A stretch of 46,051 bases of DNA from a virus. Lineage: Duplodnaviria; Heunggongvirae; Uroviricota; Caudoviricetes. Shown one piece after another: positions 24,229 to 35,548 of the stretch (the stretch's first letter is position 1; every line of letters begins with the position of its first letter). The stretch lies in the IMG/VR virus record IMGVR_UViG_3300010275_000216. One strand, 5' to 3'. The position numbers and the translations under genes are program-made. The notes beneath the pieces were generated by a model, which was not told where the DNA came from, made no database searches, and saw only the letters and a program-made list of their open reading frames with translations.

Positions 24229-24722
24229 TACTCCTCCTGCTGTAATTCCTCCTCATCATCCGCACCTGCTTCAGTCACCCGCAGGGCTATCTGATCGCGC
24301 AGATCATCAATAATGGACTGAACACGGCTCACAGCGGCAGGCTGCAGACCGCAGTCACGTTCAAGAATATCCGGTAATGTCTCCAGCACCTGCACGACCG
24401 CTTTTGCCCAGATGGCAAACTCCCGTCTGACATCACTGGCCGGAATGAGTTGTGCCGTTTCCTGTTCGAACTTAAGACGCTCACGTTCAGACTGATACCA
24501 GGCTTTGCGCTCATGTGCGTCCATTTCGCCTTCTGCAACCGGCGGTGGTAATGCCAGAAATGCCGACACAATATCAACCACCCGATAAAGCTTGAGGTTG
24601 CTTTCATGCCCCCCTGCAACGGGTAGATTTTGCAGCCTTGCCGCAGCAGTCTGGCGATGTACACCTGACAGTGCCGCCAATTGACTGATATTCAGCGTCA
24701 GATTTTTTAACTCTCGATCCAT
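24228..24722 (-). CDS. terminase small subunit (Nu1-like, N-terminal HTH)
   Basis: 164 aa, N-terminal ...NISQLAALSGVHRQTA HTH, acidic C-terminus; first gene after cos. Confidence 0.75.
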   Translation of the reverse strand: MDRELKNLTLNISQLAALSGVHRQTAAARLQNLPVAGGHESNLKLYRVVDIVSAFLALPPPVAEGEMDAHERKAWYQSERERLKFEQETAQLIPASDVRREFAIWAKAVVQVLETLPDILERDCGLQPAAVSRVQSIIDDLRDQIALRVTEAGADDEEELQQEE

Positions 24723-24889
24723 ACCCGCTCCAGAATGTTTTAAACATGCATCTTGCGAACGACTTTAGGCAAACGGTGTTAGTGATGAACAAAAAACAAT
24801 CAAAATCGACACCACAAAAATAAAAATACTGTAATATCAATCTATTACAGTAGTGGTGATGACGGATGAAATTTCAAAAACTAGCCTTT

Positions 24890-24915
24890 TTCCGCGACGC
24901 TCCCGCCCCGTGGCA
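24890..24915 (-). other. cos site: cosN-like 12-mer GGGCGGGAGCGT (minus strand, about 24897-24908) in lambda-like context ACG|GGGCGG......|CGCGG
   Basis: Minus-strand sequence CCACGGGGCGGGAGCGTCGCGGAAAAAGG aligns with my recollection of the lambda cos junction ACGGGGCGGCGACCTCGCGGGTTTT; about 175 nt upstream of terminase small subunit. Confidence 0.6.
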
Positions 24916-25088
24916 GGGGCCCCCACCGGGAGGACCCGACAGCCTGACAGCCGTGACGAGCATCTGATACAGCGCTTTACATAATGGCATAGGAATAATT
25001 CAGAAGGACATCACAGCATGCCCACACAAATTAGTGTGAGTGTCCTGTTTCTTCCTACGCACAGGACTGACGAGCATGAGGGGAAAAT

Positions 25089-25256
25089 ATGCGAACCATA
25101 AATGCCTCATCTTCAGCAATGCAGCCGGCATCCGAACAGGACGATATTGTAAATTCACCTAATTACGAGGACATTGCAGTAGTTGAATTGCAGCTCTGTA
25201 TTAGCCTGACAGTGACAGAATGCGATATTGACTCTGTCACAGGTGAAATAGTTTGA
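25089..25256 (+). CDS. small acidic 55-aa ORF (MRTINASSSAMQPASEQDDIVNSPNYEDIAVVELQLCISLTVTECDIDSVTGEIV)
   Basis: Strong SD GAGGGGAAAAT before ATG; below ORF-track cutoff; function unknown. Confidence 0.3.
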   Translation: MRTINASSSAMQPASEQDDIVNSPNYEDIAVVELQLCISLTVTECDIDSVTGEIV

Positions 25257-25276
25257 ATGATTAGCAGTTATGGTGC

Positions 25277-25483
25277 TCAGTCAACCACCAGGGAATAATC
25301 CTTCGAATTCTTATCGTGCTTCACCAACGCTGCCTCAATTGCCCTGAATGCTTCCAGAGACACCTGATGTTCTATACATGCAATTACAACATCCGGGTAA
25401 CTCATAGAAATGGTGCTATTAAGCATATTTTTTACACGAATCAGATCCAACGAGAGTTCATCAGCAGATTGTTCTTTATTCAT
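25277..25483 (-). CDS. small hypothetical protein (68 aa), YnfO-like by position
   Basis: ATG with GGAG SD about 8 nt upstream; placement between cos and ydfO-like gene as in Qin. Confidence 0.45.
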   Translation of the reverse strand: MNKEQSADELSLDLIRVKNMLNSTISMSYPDVVIACIEHQVSLEAFRAIEAALVKHDKNSKDYSLVVD

Positions 25484-25783
25484 TTTGTCGCTCCATGCGT
25501 TTGCTCGTCATCTAGCGGTTAAAATATTACTTCAAATCTTTCTGCATAAAAGAGGAAAAGTATGAAAGTTTGAGTACATCGACCTTACATACATCTGTCG
25601 GTTGCATATCCCTCCTGGATGCCAGCAAGGCTCAACTTTGTTACGCAATCAACACTATTCATTAAAAACAGGCTTAATATTTGACATAAATCATCAACAA
25701 AACACAAAGAGGTCAGACCAGATTGAAACAATAAACACGATAATGCAAACTACGCGCCATCGTATCACATGGAAGGTTTACCA

Positions 25784-26194
25784 ATGGCTCAGGCTGCCAT
25801 TTTTAAAGAAATATTCGATCAAGTGCGTAAAGATTTAAACTGTGAATTATTTTATTCTGAGCTAAAACGTCACAATGTCTCACTTTATATTTACTATTTA
25901 GCCACAGATAATATTCACATTGTGTTAGAAAACGACAACATAGTGTTAGTAAAAGGACTCAAAAAGGTTGTAAATGTTAAATTCTCCAGAAACAAACATC
26001 TTATAGAGACCTCCTATAATAAGTTGAAATCAAAAGAAATCACATTTCAACAATACAGGGAAAATCTTGCTAAAGCAGGAGTTTTCCGATGGGTTACAAA
26101 TATCCAGGAACACCAAAGATATTACTATGCCTTTGATAACTCATTACTATTTACTGAAAGCATCCAGAAAACTACACAGATCTTACCACGCTAA
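25784..26194 (+). CDS. ydfO: DUF1398-family protein, YdfO/YbcV-like (136 aa)
   Basis: ATG at 25784 with GGAAGG SD; AT-rich moron-like gene near the cos/lysis region as in Qin and DLP12. Confidence 0.55.
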   Translation: MAQAAIFKEIFDQVRKDLNCELFYSELKRHNVSLYIYYLATDNIHIVLENDNIVLVKGLKKVVNVKFSRNKHLIETSYNKLKSKEITFQQYRENLAKAGVFRWVTNIQEHQRYYYAFDNSLLFTESIQKTTQILPR

Positions 26195-26296
26195 ACCATA
26201 ACGTCCGGCTTCTCTCACTCCTGAGCCGGACTGCATTGGTTTAATAAAAACCATCAACAATTGTGATTTAGATATTCGGAACCATTCAAATATAAC

Positions 26297-26319
26297 AAAA
26301 CCCCGTAAAAACGGGGTTT
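26297..26319. terminator. bidirectional terminator hairpin AAAACCCCG-TAAAAA-CGGGGTTT between convergent ydfO-like and gnsB-like genes
   Basis: Perfect GC stem flanked by A-run and T-run. Confidence 0.55.
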
Positions 26320-26345
26320 ATGGATAAATTTTATTATTGAATACA

Positions 26346-26519
26346 TCAGATTAAATTAATCTTGACATCATAGCTTTCAAGACCCGTCATTTTTTCCCGT
26401 GCGGTAAACTGAATACTGGTAACTTCTTTCCCGGTCTTTTTCTTAAGTTCAATAATTTTTTTTGTTATATATTCAGAAATATCTGCTTCTGTTTTTGTTT
26501 TTAAGTCTTCAATATTCAT
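26346..26519 (-). CDS. gnsB: GnsA/GnsB-family small protein (57 aa)
   Basis: Translation MNIEDLKTKTEADISEYITKKIIELKKKTGKEVTSIQFTAREKMTGLESYDVKINLI read directly from minus strand; matches GnsB as I recall it; below ORF-track cutoff. Confidence 0.65.
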   Translation of the reverse strand: MNIEDLKTKTEADISEYITKKIIELKKKTGKEVTSIQFTAREKMTGLESYDVKINLI

Positions 26520-26690
26520 CATTTCCTCTTTTAGTCTGTTATGACTTTCCAGTTACACAGTAAGTCGATTATATGGTGCAAACGTGTAAAAGATAAGATG
26601 AAACATCGCAATAATCAACATACGATAGTCTAAATTTTACACAAACAGACAAAGAGAATTTTCCTGAATTATCAATACAATAGCATCAAA

Positions 26691-26921
26691 TCAACTCAAG
26701 AGCCTTATTGCTGCTTCCAGAATTTCTTCTGAAGTAACATGTCGATCCGCGGCTACATAAATGACTTTATGATCTCCGGTCAGAGATGGAAACCCTGCGG
26801 CCATTACAGTAAGGTGTGTTTTTTCGCCATTTGGATATTCACGCATGATGGTGTTAACTCCAGTCATCGCTGGCACTACCACTGCTGGTTCAGAGTTAAA
26901 AAAAACTATGATTTTTTTCAT
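26691..26921 (-). CDS. hypothetical protein (76 aa from internal ATG)
   Basis: ORF-track start 26963 is TTG; first ATG at 26921; weak SD. Confidence 0.35.
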   Translation of the reverse strand: MKKIIVFFNSEPAVVVPAMTGVNTIMREYPNGEKTHLTVMAAGFPSLTGDHKVIYVAADRHVTSEEILEAAIRLLS

Positions 26922-26964
26922 GATGTTACCGTAGTATGTGAGTATCCATCGAATAGACACCAAG

Positions 26965-26985
26965 CAAAAAAGCTCCCGAAGGAGC
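26965..26985 (-). terminator. terminator hairpin (GGCTCC-TTCG-GGAGC plus T6 on minus strand) about 200 nt downstream of cspI
   Basis: Read on minus strand. Confidence 0.45.
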
Positions 26986-27192
26986 CTTCATTTTCACTTT
27001 TTTAAATCCAACGACAGACGGCTGGCATTTAAGTATTGTGAAATATTATCAAATGTAATCATCATTGATTTACAAAAGATACATTTTGCCCCGAAAGGAT
27101 TCATGTCAGAAACATCAAAAGATGATGTTCTATACTGGGAACCATGACAACACGGGCATCTAAAGTGAATATGGTTTGTAATATTGTCTACC

Positions 27193-27405
27193 TCAAAGCG
27201 CCACTACATGAACAGCGGCAGGACCTTTAGGTCCGTTCTCAATACCAAATTCAACTTCCTGATTCTCAGTTAATGTTTTGAAATCGTTGCTCTGAATTGC
27301 TGAGAAATGGACAAACACATCTTTGCTGCCATCTTTCGGCGTGATGAAACCAAAACCTTTTTCAGGGTTAAACCATTTCACTAAACCAGTCATTTTGTTA
27401 GACAT
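27193..27405 (-). CDS. cspI: cold shock protein, CspA family (70 aa), CspI-like
   Basis: [23 protein letters not shown]...[12 protein letters not shown] motifs; long upstream leader as in cold-shock genes. Confidence 0.8.
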   Translation of the reverse strand: MSNKMTGLVKWFNPEKGFGFITPKDGSKDVFVHFSAIQSNDFKTLTENQEVEFGIENGPKGPAAVHVVAL

Positions 27406-27765
27406 AATTATTACCTTTTGAAGAAATTAGCCCTTGGGCAGAATGGTCCGAAAAAAAATATCAGAGAGAAAAACCAACAAGGAAATCCCAAGAGGTACAA
27501 ATAATAAAATTATAACAATGACTGCTTCAGATAAATTTGTAACAAACCAGAACACCATTAACGCATGATTAACCACCCATAGCAAGGATTACTTTTGTAA
27601 AGAAAAATACAGCAATGAAAGAATAGCTTTATTTATTAATAAAACGTGTCATTCTGATTAAGACCTTTTCTTACCCTTAAGATTTCAGGAATTTTGGCTC
27701 ATGGAAGAGTCCTTTTTATTTAAATTTTACATTCCGCGATGTAAATGTTCCGATTTAATATTACC

Positions 27766-28789
<1,024 letters not shown>

Positions 28790-28793
<4 letters not shown>

Positions 28794-29101
28794 AGATATT
28801 TATGATGAGGACGCTCGTGCTTATTGGCAGGATTTTCAATCTTAAAGGAGTACTGATGCTGCAGATAAGACTCAACTTTTTCTGACAATTTTTCTGCTAC
28901 TTCCAGGAAGACTTGCCGGACGCTCCTTCTGGCTGCTGCCTCATAAAACTCCAGCGCAGCTCCTTCAACACGGTCCATGGCGACATCCAGGTCAAAAATT
29001 TCACCGTCAAAGCGTTCTTTGTCCTGTAAGGCTACAGTTACCGTAACTTTATTCTCAAAATTACGGACTCCTTTCACAACCAGTTCATAGTCTTGAGTCA
29101 T
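28790..29101 (-). CDS. ydfR: YdfR-like protein (103 aa) between holin and endolysin
   Basis: Same position (holin - ydfR - endolysin) and length as in Qin; overlaps endolysin start (ATGA). Confidence 0.55.
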
Positions 29102-29105
29102 TGGA

Positions 29106-29321
29106 TTACTCTCCTCTCGCAGCCTTACGCCTGTCTTCTTTAATCTTGAAATAAAGATTTGTCAGATACGTCAGCAGGCCAAAAACCAGGCTACCCAGCA
29201 CACCGATTGCAGCCCACTGTGACGGAGTTACTTTATCGAGTAACTGCAATGCCCAGAAACCAGCATTACCCGCCGATGTGCCATAGGCAACACCTGTTGT
29301 TAACTTATCCATTGATTTCAT
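29106..29321 (-). CDS. class II holin / pinholin, S21-like, with dual-start motif MKSMDK
   Basis: [26 protein letters not shown]...[30 protein letters not shown] closely matches phage 21 S as I recall it; GGTGAGG SD; ORF-track start is an upstream extension. Confidence 0.85.
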   Translation of the reverse strand: MKSMDKLTTGVAYGTSAGNAGFWALQLLDKVTPSQWAAIGVLGSLVFGLLTYLTNLYFKIKEDRRKAARGE

Positions 29322-29540
29322 ATCCTCACCCCGATGTACACGGATGGTGCAATATGTTTGAAAAGATCGGAGTCTACGGGGTAGTTTTGACAGCACACGT
29401 TGTTCTCAACGGCGCTAAAAAAACATACACATTAAAAATGTGGGTAATTATTTTGAAAGAAAGTCATATATAAAATAATAATACGAGAAATGTTTTCATA
29501 TTTAGTGTACTGTATACGGCCATTTATACAGGAAAAGCCT

Positions 29541-29711
29541 ATGTCAGAACGTAAAGACTCAAAATCACGCCGTAATTATCTCGTTAAATGTTCCTGCCCA
29601 AACTGCACCCAAGAGTCAGAACACAGTTTTTCAAGAGTACAAAAAGGTGCCCTTTTGATCTGCCCTCATTGCAACAAAGTATTCCAGACAAATCTTAAAG
29701 CTGTAGCCTGA
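29541..29711 (+). CDS. small zinc-ribbon protein (56 aa, CPNC...CPHC)
   Basis: ATG with AGGAAAAG SD; two CxxC pairs. Confidence 0.5.
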   Translation: MSERKDSKSRRNYLVKCSCPNCTQESEHSFSRVQKGALLICPHCNKVFQTNLKAVA

Positions 29712-29775
29712 TTGATTTTATTAGTAACAAGTATTTTTTATATTTTAATAATATATTTAAAGCAGATAATAAAAA

Positions 29776-29791
29776 ACCCGCCTGAGCGGGT
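29776..29791. terminator. bidirectional terminator ACCCGCC-TGA-GCGGGT flanked by A6 and T3
   Basis: Between convergent zinc-ribbon gene and cspB. Confidence 0.55.
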
Positions 29792-30074
29792 TTGAGATTG
29801 TGGTGCTTTTTGTGGGAGTCATCCACTTACGCACTTTGTTTTGCGATGCCAGCAGTTAGCTTCTGCTGTGAAACTATTCATGCAGCAAACCTGCACTTCA
29901 CCACAATGGTTAGCATACTTTTCCTGATTAAGATTTTGCCAAATATGCTGGCCATTGTTTCATGTATTGGACCTCCTTACTTTTTATTAAAGAGATCCAA
30001 TATTCACTACTCTGTCCGTATCTCTACTCAGGCATCAGCCTTCTTCGTTATCGTATACAGACGAGCGATGAATT

Positions 30075-30290
30075 TTAATCAGTAATGATGACATTTACTG
30101 CTGCAGGACCTTTAGCACCACTCTCTATAGAGAAGGTAACCTTTTGACCTTCAAATAAGGTTCGATAATTATCATTCTGAATCGCAGAAAAATGCACAAA
30201 CACATCTTTACTACCATCAACAGGAGAAATAAAGCCGAAACCTTTATCAGCGTTAAACCATTTTACTAAACCAGTCATTTTATTTGACAT
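30075..30290 (-). CDS. cspB: cold shock protein CspB-like (71 aa)
   Basis: [23 protein letters not shown]...; divergent from cspF as in Qin. Confidence 0.8.
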   Translation of the reverse strand: MSNKMTGLVKWFNADKGFGFISPVDGSKDVFVHFSAIQNDNYRTLFEGQKVTFSIESGAKGPAAVNVIITD

Positions 30291-30590
30291 TCTACATTCC
30301 TTAACTTGAGCCTTTCGGCATAAATGGTTTGCATAACAGAAACGACTTCGTACTTAATTGGAGAGACTCAAAGAAGGAATAAGTGAATAACACCTGAAAT
30401 GAGAACTGCTTTAGTAAACTACTTCGTATATCGTCTGTTCTTCAAACCGACGCAATCATTAACGCATAGTTGAACATATGAAGCAATGTTTATTTTAGAC
30501 ATCCAGCCATCTTCAACCCCATCAAAAAACTATAGCTTTCTTCAGGAACGTGTGTATAGTGCGCCAAGTTATCAGTATTAAGGAATTTTT

Positions 30591-30803
30591 TTGTCCCGTA
30601 AAATGACAGGGATTGTCAAAACCTTTGACGGCAAAAGCGGCAAGGGTCTTATCACCCCATCCGATGGTCGTATCGATGTCCAGCTTCATGTTTCAGCGCT
30701 CAATCTCCGCGATGCAGAAGAAATTACCACCGGATTACGCGTGGAATTTTGCCGGATAAATGGTCTGCGTGGCCCTTCAGCTGCCAATGTTTACCTTTCA
30801 TGA
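30591..30803 (+). CDS. cspF: cold shock protein CspF-like (70 aa), TTG start
   Basis: [23 protein letters not shown]...; divergent from cspB. Confidence 0.75.
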
Positions 30804-31095
30804 GCTATATTAAAGCTTTAATTTCAGGCCCCATCGGATCACACATGGAGAGTTTTTATGAATAACCCCGTCTGTCTTGATGACTGGTTGATTGGCTTTA
30901 AAAGCTTATGCTGTACTTTGGCCGTAATAGCTCTGCTAATAATATAATAAGCAGACTCATTGTGTTTAGGGACATTGTACTGGAAGAAAACATTTTAAAC
31001 ATCAGGCAAATAACCAAGTCACCAGCTAAATAATAAGTTAACAGACATGAGTCCCGGGATGAGATTCAACATTACCATTGCCCCATTTAAAGCAC

Positions 31096-31119
31096 AAAAC
31101 CCGCTCATCAGCGGGTTTT
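31096..31119 (+). terminator. terminator hairpin AAAACCCGC-TCATCA-GCGGGTTTT about 300 nt downstream of cspF
   Basis: GC stem followed by T-rich tract on plus strand. Confidence 0.5.
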
Positions 31120-31572
31120 CTACTTTTTCTTAACGTCGGGTATACAAAGCCCATCTTTGAAAAAATTTTATCCATATTTTTTGAAAAATGCAAGCATCAC
31201 GTTACCATCTTCATTGAAAAACCTTTATCGTGTTACTTTTATCAATTGCACTTCAGCATAGAGTTATCCCAGACAGCACTTTAAAGACTTCTACATTACA
31301 CACACCTTGTCTCCCCTTCTCGTCATATCTGCAAGACCGATATGCATGACGCAGTACATACGCTGAACTGCTTTATCCATCTGCATATTCTAGTGCTAAA
31401 GCGACTTCAGTAGCAGAAGCAAAATTCTGCTACTGTGCCAAACAGGAGTAAACGTCATTTTATGTAATATTGATTGAGTGGTCATAGTATCACCTCAATA
31501 ACAACTCTCCGCCCTATCATTGAAAGCATATCTGCTATAATTAAAAAACCACTTAACATCAGGACTTCAAAC

Positions 31573-31758
31573 ATGACTTCAAATCAATCTGAAAACGAAA
31601 TAGTTAATACTGTCAAAAAATATGCATCATGTGCTGACGATGCTTTGCAGGGAGGCAAAGAAAACGTTAAAGATAAATTTAGAAATTATCCACTGACTAG
31701 CGTGGTGGTTGCTCTAAGCATAGGGTTAACGCTTGGTTTTATTATTGGCAGAAAATAA
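31573..31758 (+). CDS. small tail-anchored membrane protein, DUF883 (ElaB/YqjD)-like C-terminus
   Basis: C-terminal ...NYPLTSVVVALSIGLTLGFIIGRK resembles the NPW...G..LG.L..R anchor of the ElaB/YqjD family; ATG at 31573. Confidence 0.35.
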   Translation: MTSNQSENEIVNTVKKYASCADDALQGGKENVKDKFRNYPLTSVVVALSIGLTLGFIIGRK

Positions 31759-32918
31759 TCTTAAGCCTCCCATAAGTCGTACACAATCACATCTGCCAAT
31801 TAATGTTCCATTAGTAAAAAACCACCTCCTGTGGAGGTGGTTTAAGGATAGCAACAAAACACAACCTACTTTAAACGGCTATATTCTGCTATATCTAAAT
31901 AATAGGATCTCTTTTATCATCCGGTGAAAAAGGGTTCAATGGTTGCCCCTCATCAGGACGCTCAACGGGCTCATCATCAGGCTTACGGTCATCAAAATCT
32001 GGATGTTCTGACATATTCCACCCTAGTATTTTCATGCAGGAAAGATTATTTACTCTTTCCGGTTGTCTTTTTTATTATCCTTACCCTTACTATCCTCATT
32101 GTTTTTATTCCTGTCATGAGATTTTTCATTTGAATCACTTACATATAATGTATTCATGGGGACTCCAGTTTTTTAACAGCACAATGCTGTATCTGTAATT
32201 ATAGATGCAATTAATCATTATGATATGTATGTTTCATGCACAAATCAGAAACGCATCTAGTGCTTTAATTAATATGGATTTTATTGCTGTAGATTTACAA
32301 AAATTTTCATAATTAACCAGCAATATAAGACAAATATCTCATAACATGAGGAAAATCAAGCTCATTTAAAGCAATTTATAATTTTCATCCTACTGTTTTC
32401 CCTGCACTGCCAACACAAGTTTCATCGCAACACTCTGACAAGACACCTATAAAATCAGTTTCGTTATCACCTTAATTTTCTTCATGGGTAACAAACCGGT
32501 AATACATCGATAGCCAGATTTCCGGCGTAAGCCATTTATTTGCAGCCTGATTGATGCGCGTTACTGTTACCTCTTCCCTGCATCAGGATGGCTTCTCCAG
32601 ATGATATGGTTAATCACACTGGAACATTCACGCATAACCGTTTCCTTCATATCCTGCCGTTTTAGCATGTCTTTTCCCCTTCTTGTTAATATCAATAACT
32701 AACACAAATCTAAAAAAGCCAGCAATGTAAAAAAACTGCATTCACGGCAACCATAATGGTTACCGTTCTGCACAAAGTTTATGTCCACAAAAAAACCACT
32801 CTGCGCGGCTTATTGATATTTTCCACAGGTATGCATATAAGGCTCATCATTGGAAAACTCTTTGCACGTTTCCTTAGAAAATACAATCGTTATGTCGCCA
32901 TCGTTCGGTGAAAATCAT

Positions 32919-33671
32919 TTATCTCGTCACTTTTCTTAATTGCACCTCAGCATATGCTTCTTCCTGCCAGCACTTTGTAACCAGTTTATCAATGACATCT
33001 GCATATCCTTTGTACCACTGATAATCCGTCAGGTCTGGTACCAGCTTCTGGACATGACACCGCGCCAGTGTCGTTGGTAAACGACTAAACCGGTTTCCAT
33101 TGCAACGCCCACAAACCTTATAAACAGGCGTGCTATGAAGCCGGGTTCTTTTTTCATCCAGGACAATACCTTTCCCCTTACACCCTCTGCACGCTGTGCT
33201 GACTTCTCCCTTACCATGGCAATGCTGACATAGTTCCTTCACCCACTCTTCCTTGATAACAGATTCCCCACTTCTGGAGTGTTTCACCACTTCGCGCAAT
33301 ACATTATGAAATCCAGTACCAGCACAATACTCACAGCGAGCCTTACTTGCCGCAGACCTGGAATAATCAGCAAAGGCAAAATTCACAAGGTAAGGGATGA
33401 TCTGTAACCGGATTTCTTCACTCAATTTGTTCAATGTCGGATTATCCATTGCCATCGCGTAATTGAGCAGACCTTCAATCGCAAACTGAGGATCCTGAAC
33501 ACCAACTTTTGCCAGGAATAAGGCAAAACCAAGCGGAGCTTTCGACTGCACCATCCCCTGCGCAGCCATCACATCTGTTATTGTTAAACCACCCGAGCCT
33601 GTCGCCGGTGCGTCATCACTCAATTTTGGAGATTTTGGGGAGTAATATTTTGGTAAAGCTTCAAGGTTCAT
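32919..33671 (-). CDS. quuQ: late-gene antitermination protein Q (250 aa)
   Basis: Length as QuuQ; multiple CxxC zinc-binding motifs; position upstream of lysis region. Confidence 0.75.
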   Translation of the reverse strand: MNLEALPKYYSPKSPKLSDDAPATGSGGLTITDVMAAQGMVQSKAPLGFALFLAKVGVQDPQFAIEGLLNYAMAMDNPTLNKLSEEIRLQIIPYLVNFAFADYSRSAASKARCEYCAGTGFHNVLREVVKHSRSGESVIKEEWVKELCQHCHGKGEVSTACRGCKGKGIVLDEKRTRLHSTPVYKVCGRCNGNRFSRLPTTLARCHVQKLVPDLTDYQWYKGYADVIDKLVTKCWQEEAYAEVQLRKVTR

Positions 33672-33684
33672 GCTCGTTCTCCAC

Positions 33685-34734
33685 TTACGCCAGTACGCCT
33701 ATTGCCAGCGCACGATCGATAAAACGAAATATCAGCTCCAGTTGGGAGCCATACTTCTCTTCAAATGCCACGGTATTCGCATGCAGCTCGTCGTGATGCT
33801 TTCTGCACAAAGGCAACACAAAGAGATCATGTGCTTTGGTTCCCATTCCGCCCTGCCCGTGACCAATCAGATGATGCGGATCGTCGGCTGGCATACCGCA
33901 GCAAGCACACGGCTGTGTCTTAACCCAGCGTGTGTATTTCTCCTTAACCCAACGGTGACGTTTAGGCAGCTTCATGAAAGATTCCGGAGACTCTGGATCA
34001 ACGGTGATGCTTACCACCGTCTTTTCCTGTGATGGGTTTTGTTGCTGGTGGGCGTGAGGCAACGGTGCAAGATTTTTTGTGCGCTGTTTCAATATGCTGG
34101 TGGCGGTCTGCTCTCCCGGTACGATGTCGCTTTCGCGGTACACCGAGCAGTTTTTTTCCGCTGGTAATCCCAGCGAGCGACGTAATACCGCTTCCGGTAG
34201 CGCGTCCGCCACCTGATTGCGGACCGCCCACCAGGATAATTCAGCCAGAGATAATTCACGCTCCTGCGTACCGCTTATTGCGTGACCGATGACGTCAATC
34301 ATCCATGCTGACAGGTTTTGATGAGCAAGTTGCTCGAGTGATTCGGATGTCTGGTCACGCAGCTGGTTGTCGCAGTGCCAGCACAACACCATTGCGCCGG
34401 TACCATAACGGTGAATAACGGTTTCACTGTGATGATAATCGCCGTGTGGCCACTGGCAGGATTTAATATGGCGCAACAGCCAGTCAGACAATGCACCAGC
34501 ACCACCAGCAGCACGAATTACCCGTGCGTTACTGAAAAACGGCAGCAATGTTTTGTCTTCCACCAGCGGCTGGCGAACGGCAGGAACGACCCCGGACGGC
34601 AGATTACGCATGCTTTTCGGTTCCGGCTCCACCAGTACCCGGGTATTGTGGAATACCGGCATGGATTCACGGCCCGGCTTAACGACCACCAGCCCGAGTT
34701 CCGGTACCAGAACAGGTCGAAGTAATACCCGCAC
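33685..34734 (-). CDS. ydfU: DUF968-family protein YdfU-like (349 aa), GTG start
   Basis: Same length and position (just before Q) as ydfU of Qin; C-terminal Cys/His-rich motif CACCG...HHLIGHG...CRKHHDELH. Confidence 0.6.
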   Translation of the reverse strand: MRVLLRPVLVPELGLVVVKPGRESMPVFHNTRVLVEPEPKSMRNLPSGVVPAVRQPLVEDKTLLPFFSNARVIRAAGGAGALSDWLLRHIKSCQWPHGDYHHSETVIHRYGTGAMVLCWHCDNQLRDQTSESLEQLAHQNLSAWMIDVIGHAISGTQERELSLAELSWWAVRNQVADALPEAVLRRSLGLPAEKNCSVYRESDIVPGEQTATSILKQRTKNLAPLPHAHQQQNPSQEKTVVSITVDPESPESFMKLPKRHRWVKEKYTRWVKTQPCACCGMPADDPHHLIGHGQGGMGTKAHDLFVLPLCRKHHDELHANTVAFEEKYGSQLELIFRFIDRALAIGVLA

Positions 34735-34735
34735 G

Positions 34736-35014
34736 TTACCTCCAGATGCGTTGCTGGAATGTACGGGACGGACGCGGTGGGCGTTCGGAGTAAGGCAATC
34801 TGACTGAGATTATCCAGTGACGGTAGTCGAGACTAAGGGCTTTCTTAACCTCGTATCCGCGCCTGCGGTAACACTGAATTATCCATTCAGCCTGCTCTTC
34901 AGTGCATGGAGGGTGCTGGAACCATTCAGACTTGAATGCGTGAGAATACCGCTCGTGCGTGCAGGCAAGAACGGGCGAATTATCAGAATTGTAATATTTT
35001 ACGTTGCGTGCCAT
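34736..35014 (-). CDS. hypothetical protein (92 aa)
   Basis: ATG with GGAG SD; stop abuts ydfU start. Confidence 0.45.
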   Translation of the reverse strand: MARNVKYYNSDNSPVLACTHERYSHAFKSEWFQHPPCTEEQAEWIIQCYRRRGYEVKKALSLDYRHWIISVRLPYSERPPRPSRTFQQRIWR

Positions 35015-35080
35015 CGGTTTTCTCCGGTGGCACGGTGTTACTCAGCGGGAGTTCAGCCCCGCGCAAGATTGTAGATGAGT

Positions 35081-35332
35081 TTATTCTTCTGCAAAAGCTG
35101 AAAAGCCTGCTTTTATTCCGATCTCTTTCAGTGCCTGTAATGAAGTGACAAACTCACCTTCGCGCAAGATAAATCCGTCTGTCACTCGACCATCCACAAA
35201 ATTAATTAACGCAGCCCCATTCTTTCGCAAACACATAATGCGGTAATGACTAACAAGATTTCCATTTTCAACGCACACAGCATAGAGGCCATCTTCACAA
35301 AAAATTTTACGCAGTTCTTCGATGTTCATCAT
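35081..35332 (-). CDS. hypothetical protein (83 aa), Rem-like by length and position
   Basis: ATGATG start with GGAAGGA SD; located between hok and ydfU where rem lies in Qin. Confidence 0.4.
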   Translation of the reverse strand: MMNIEELRKIFCEDGLYAVCVENGNLVSHYRIMCLRKNGAALINFVDGRVTDGFILREGEFVTSLQALKEIGIKAGFSAFAEE

Positions 35333-35462
35333 CAGAATCCTTCCGGATAATTAGCTCTCCCCTTTAAGGGACCATCCCTCTTATCCCTGCGCGCTACTTA
35401 AGTATTTTTGATTCTATTCCGGCACCGTCCAGAACTTCAAACGCGTTGAAAATAAAAACAAA

Positions 35463-35480
35463 AACCCGCCGAAGCGGGTT
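35463..35480 (-). terminator. terminator AACCCGC-TTCG-GCGGGTT plus T-run downstream of hok
   Basis: Read on minus strand about 70 nt after hok stop; a second hairpin GGCGAGGGA-TTTC-TCCCTCGCC at about 35520-35543 directly follows the stop. Confidence 0.55.
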
Positions 35481-35548
35481 AAGTGCGGGTGCGTTGAGGA
35501 TGCCTGCCACATCAGAGGTGGCGAGGGATTTCTCCCTCGCCGGGTCTC

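Noticed and set aside
29400-32900. tRNA genes in the Q-to-holin interval, as found in some lambdoid phages
   Set aside because: I found no T-arm-like GGTTCGA(A/G)TCC motif or cloverleaf-compatible sequence on either strand.
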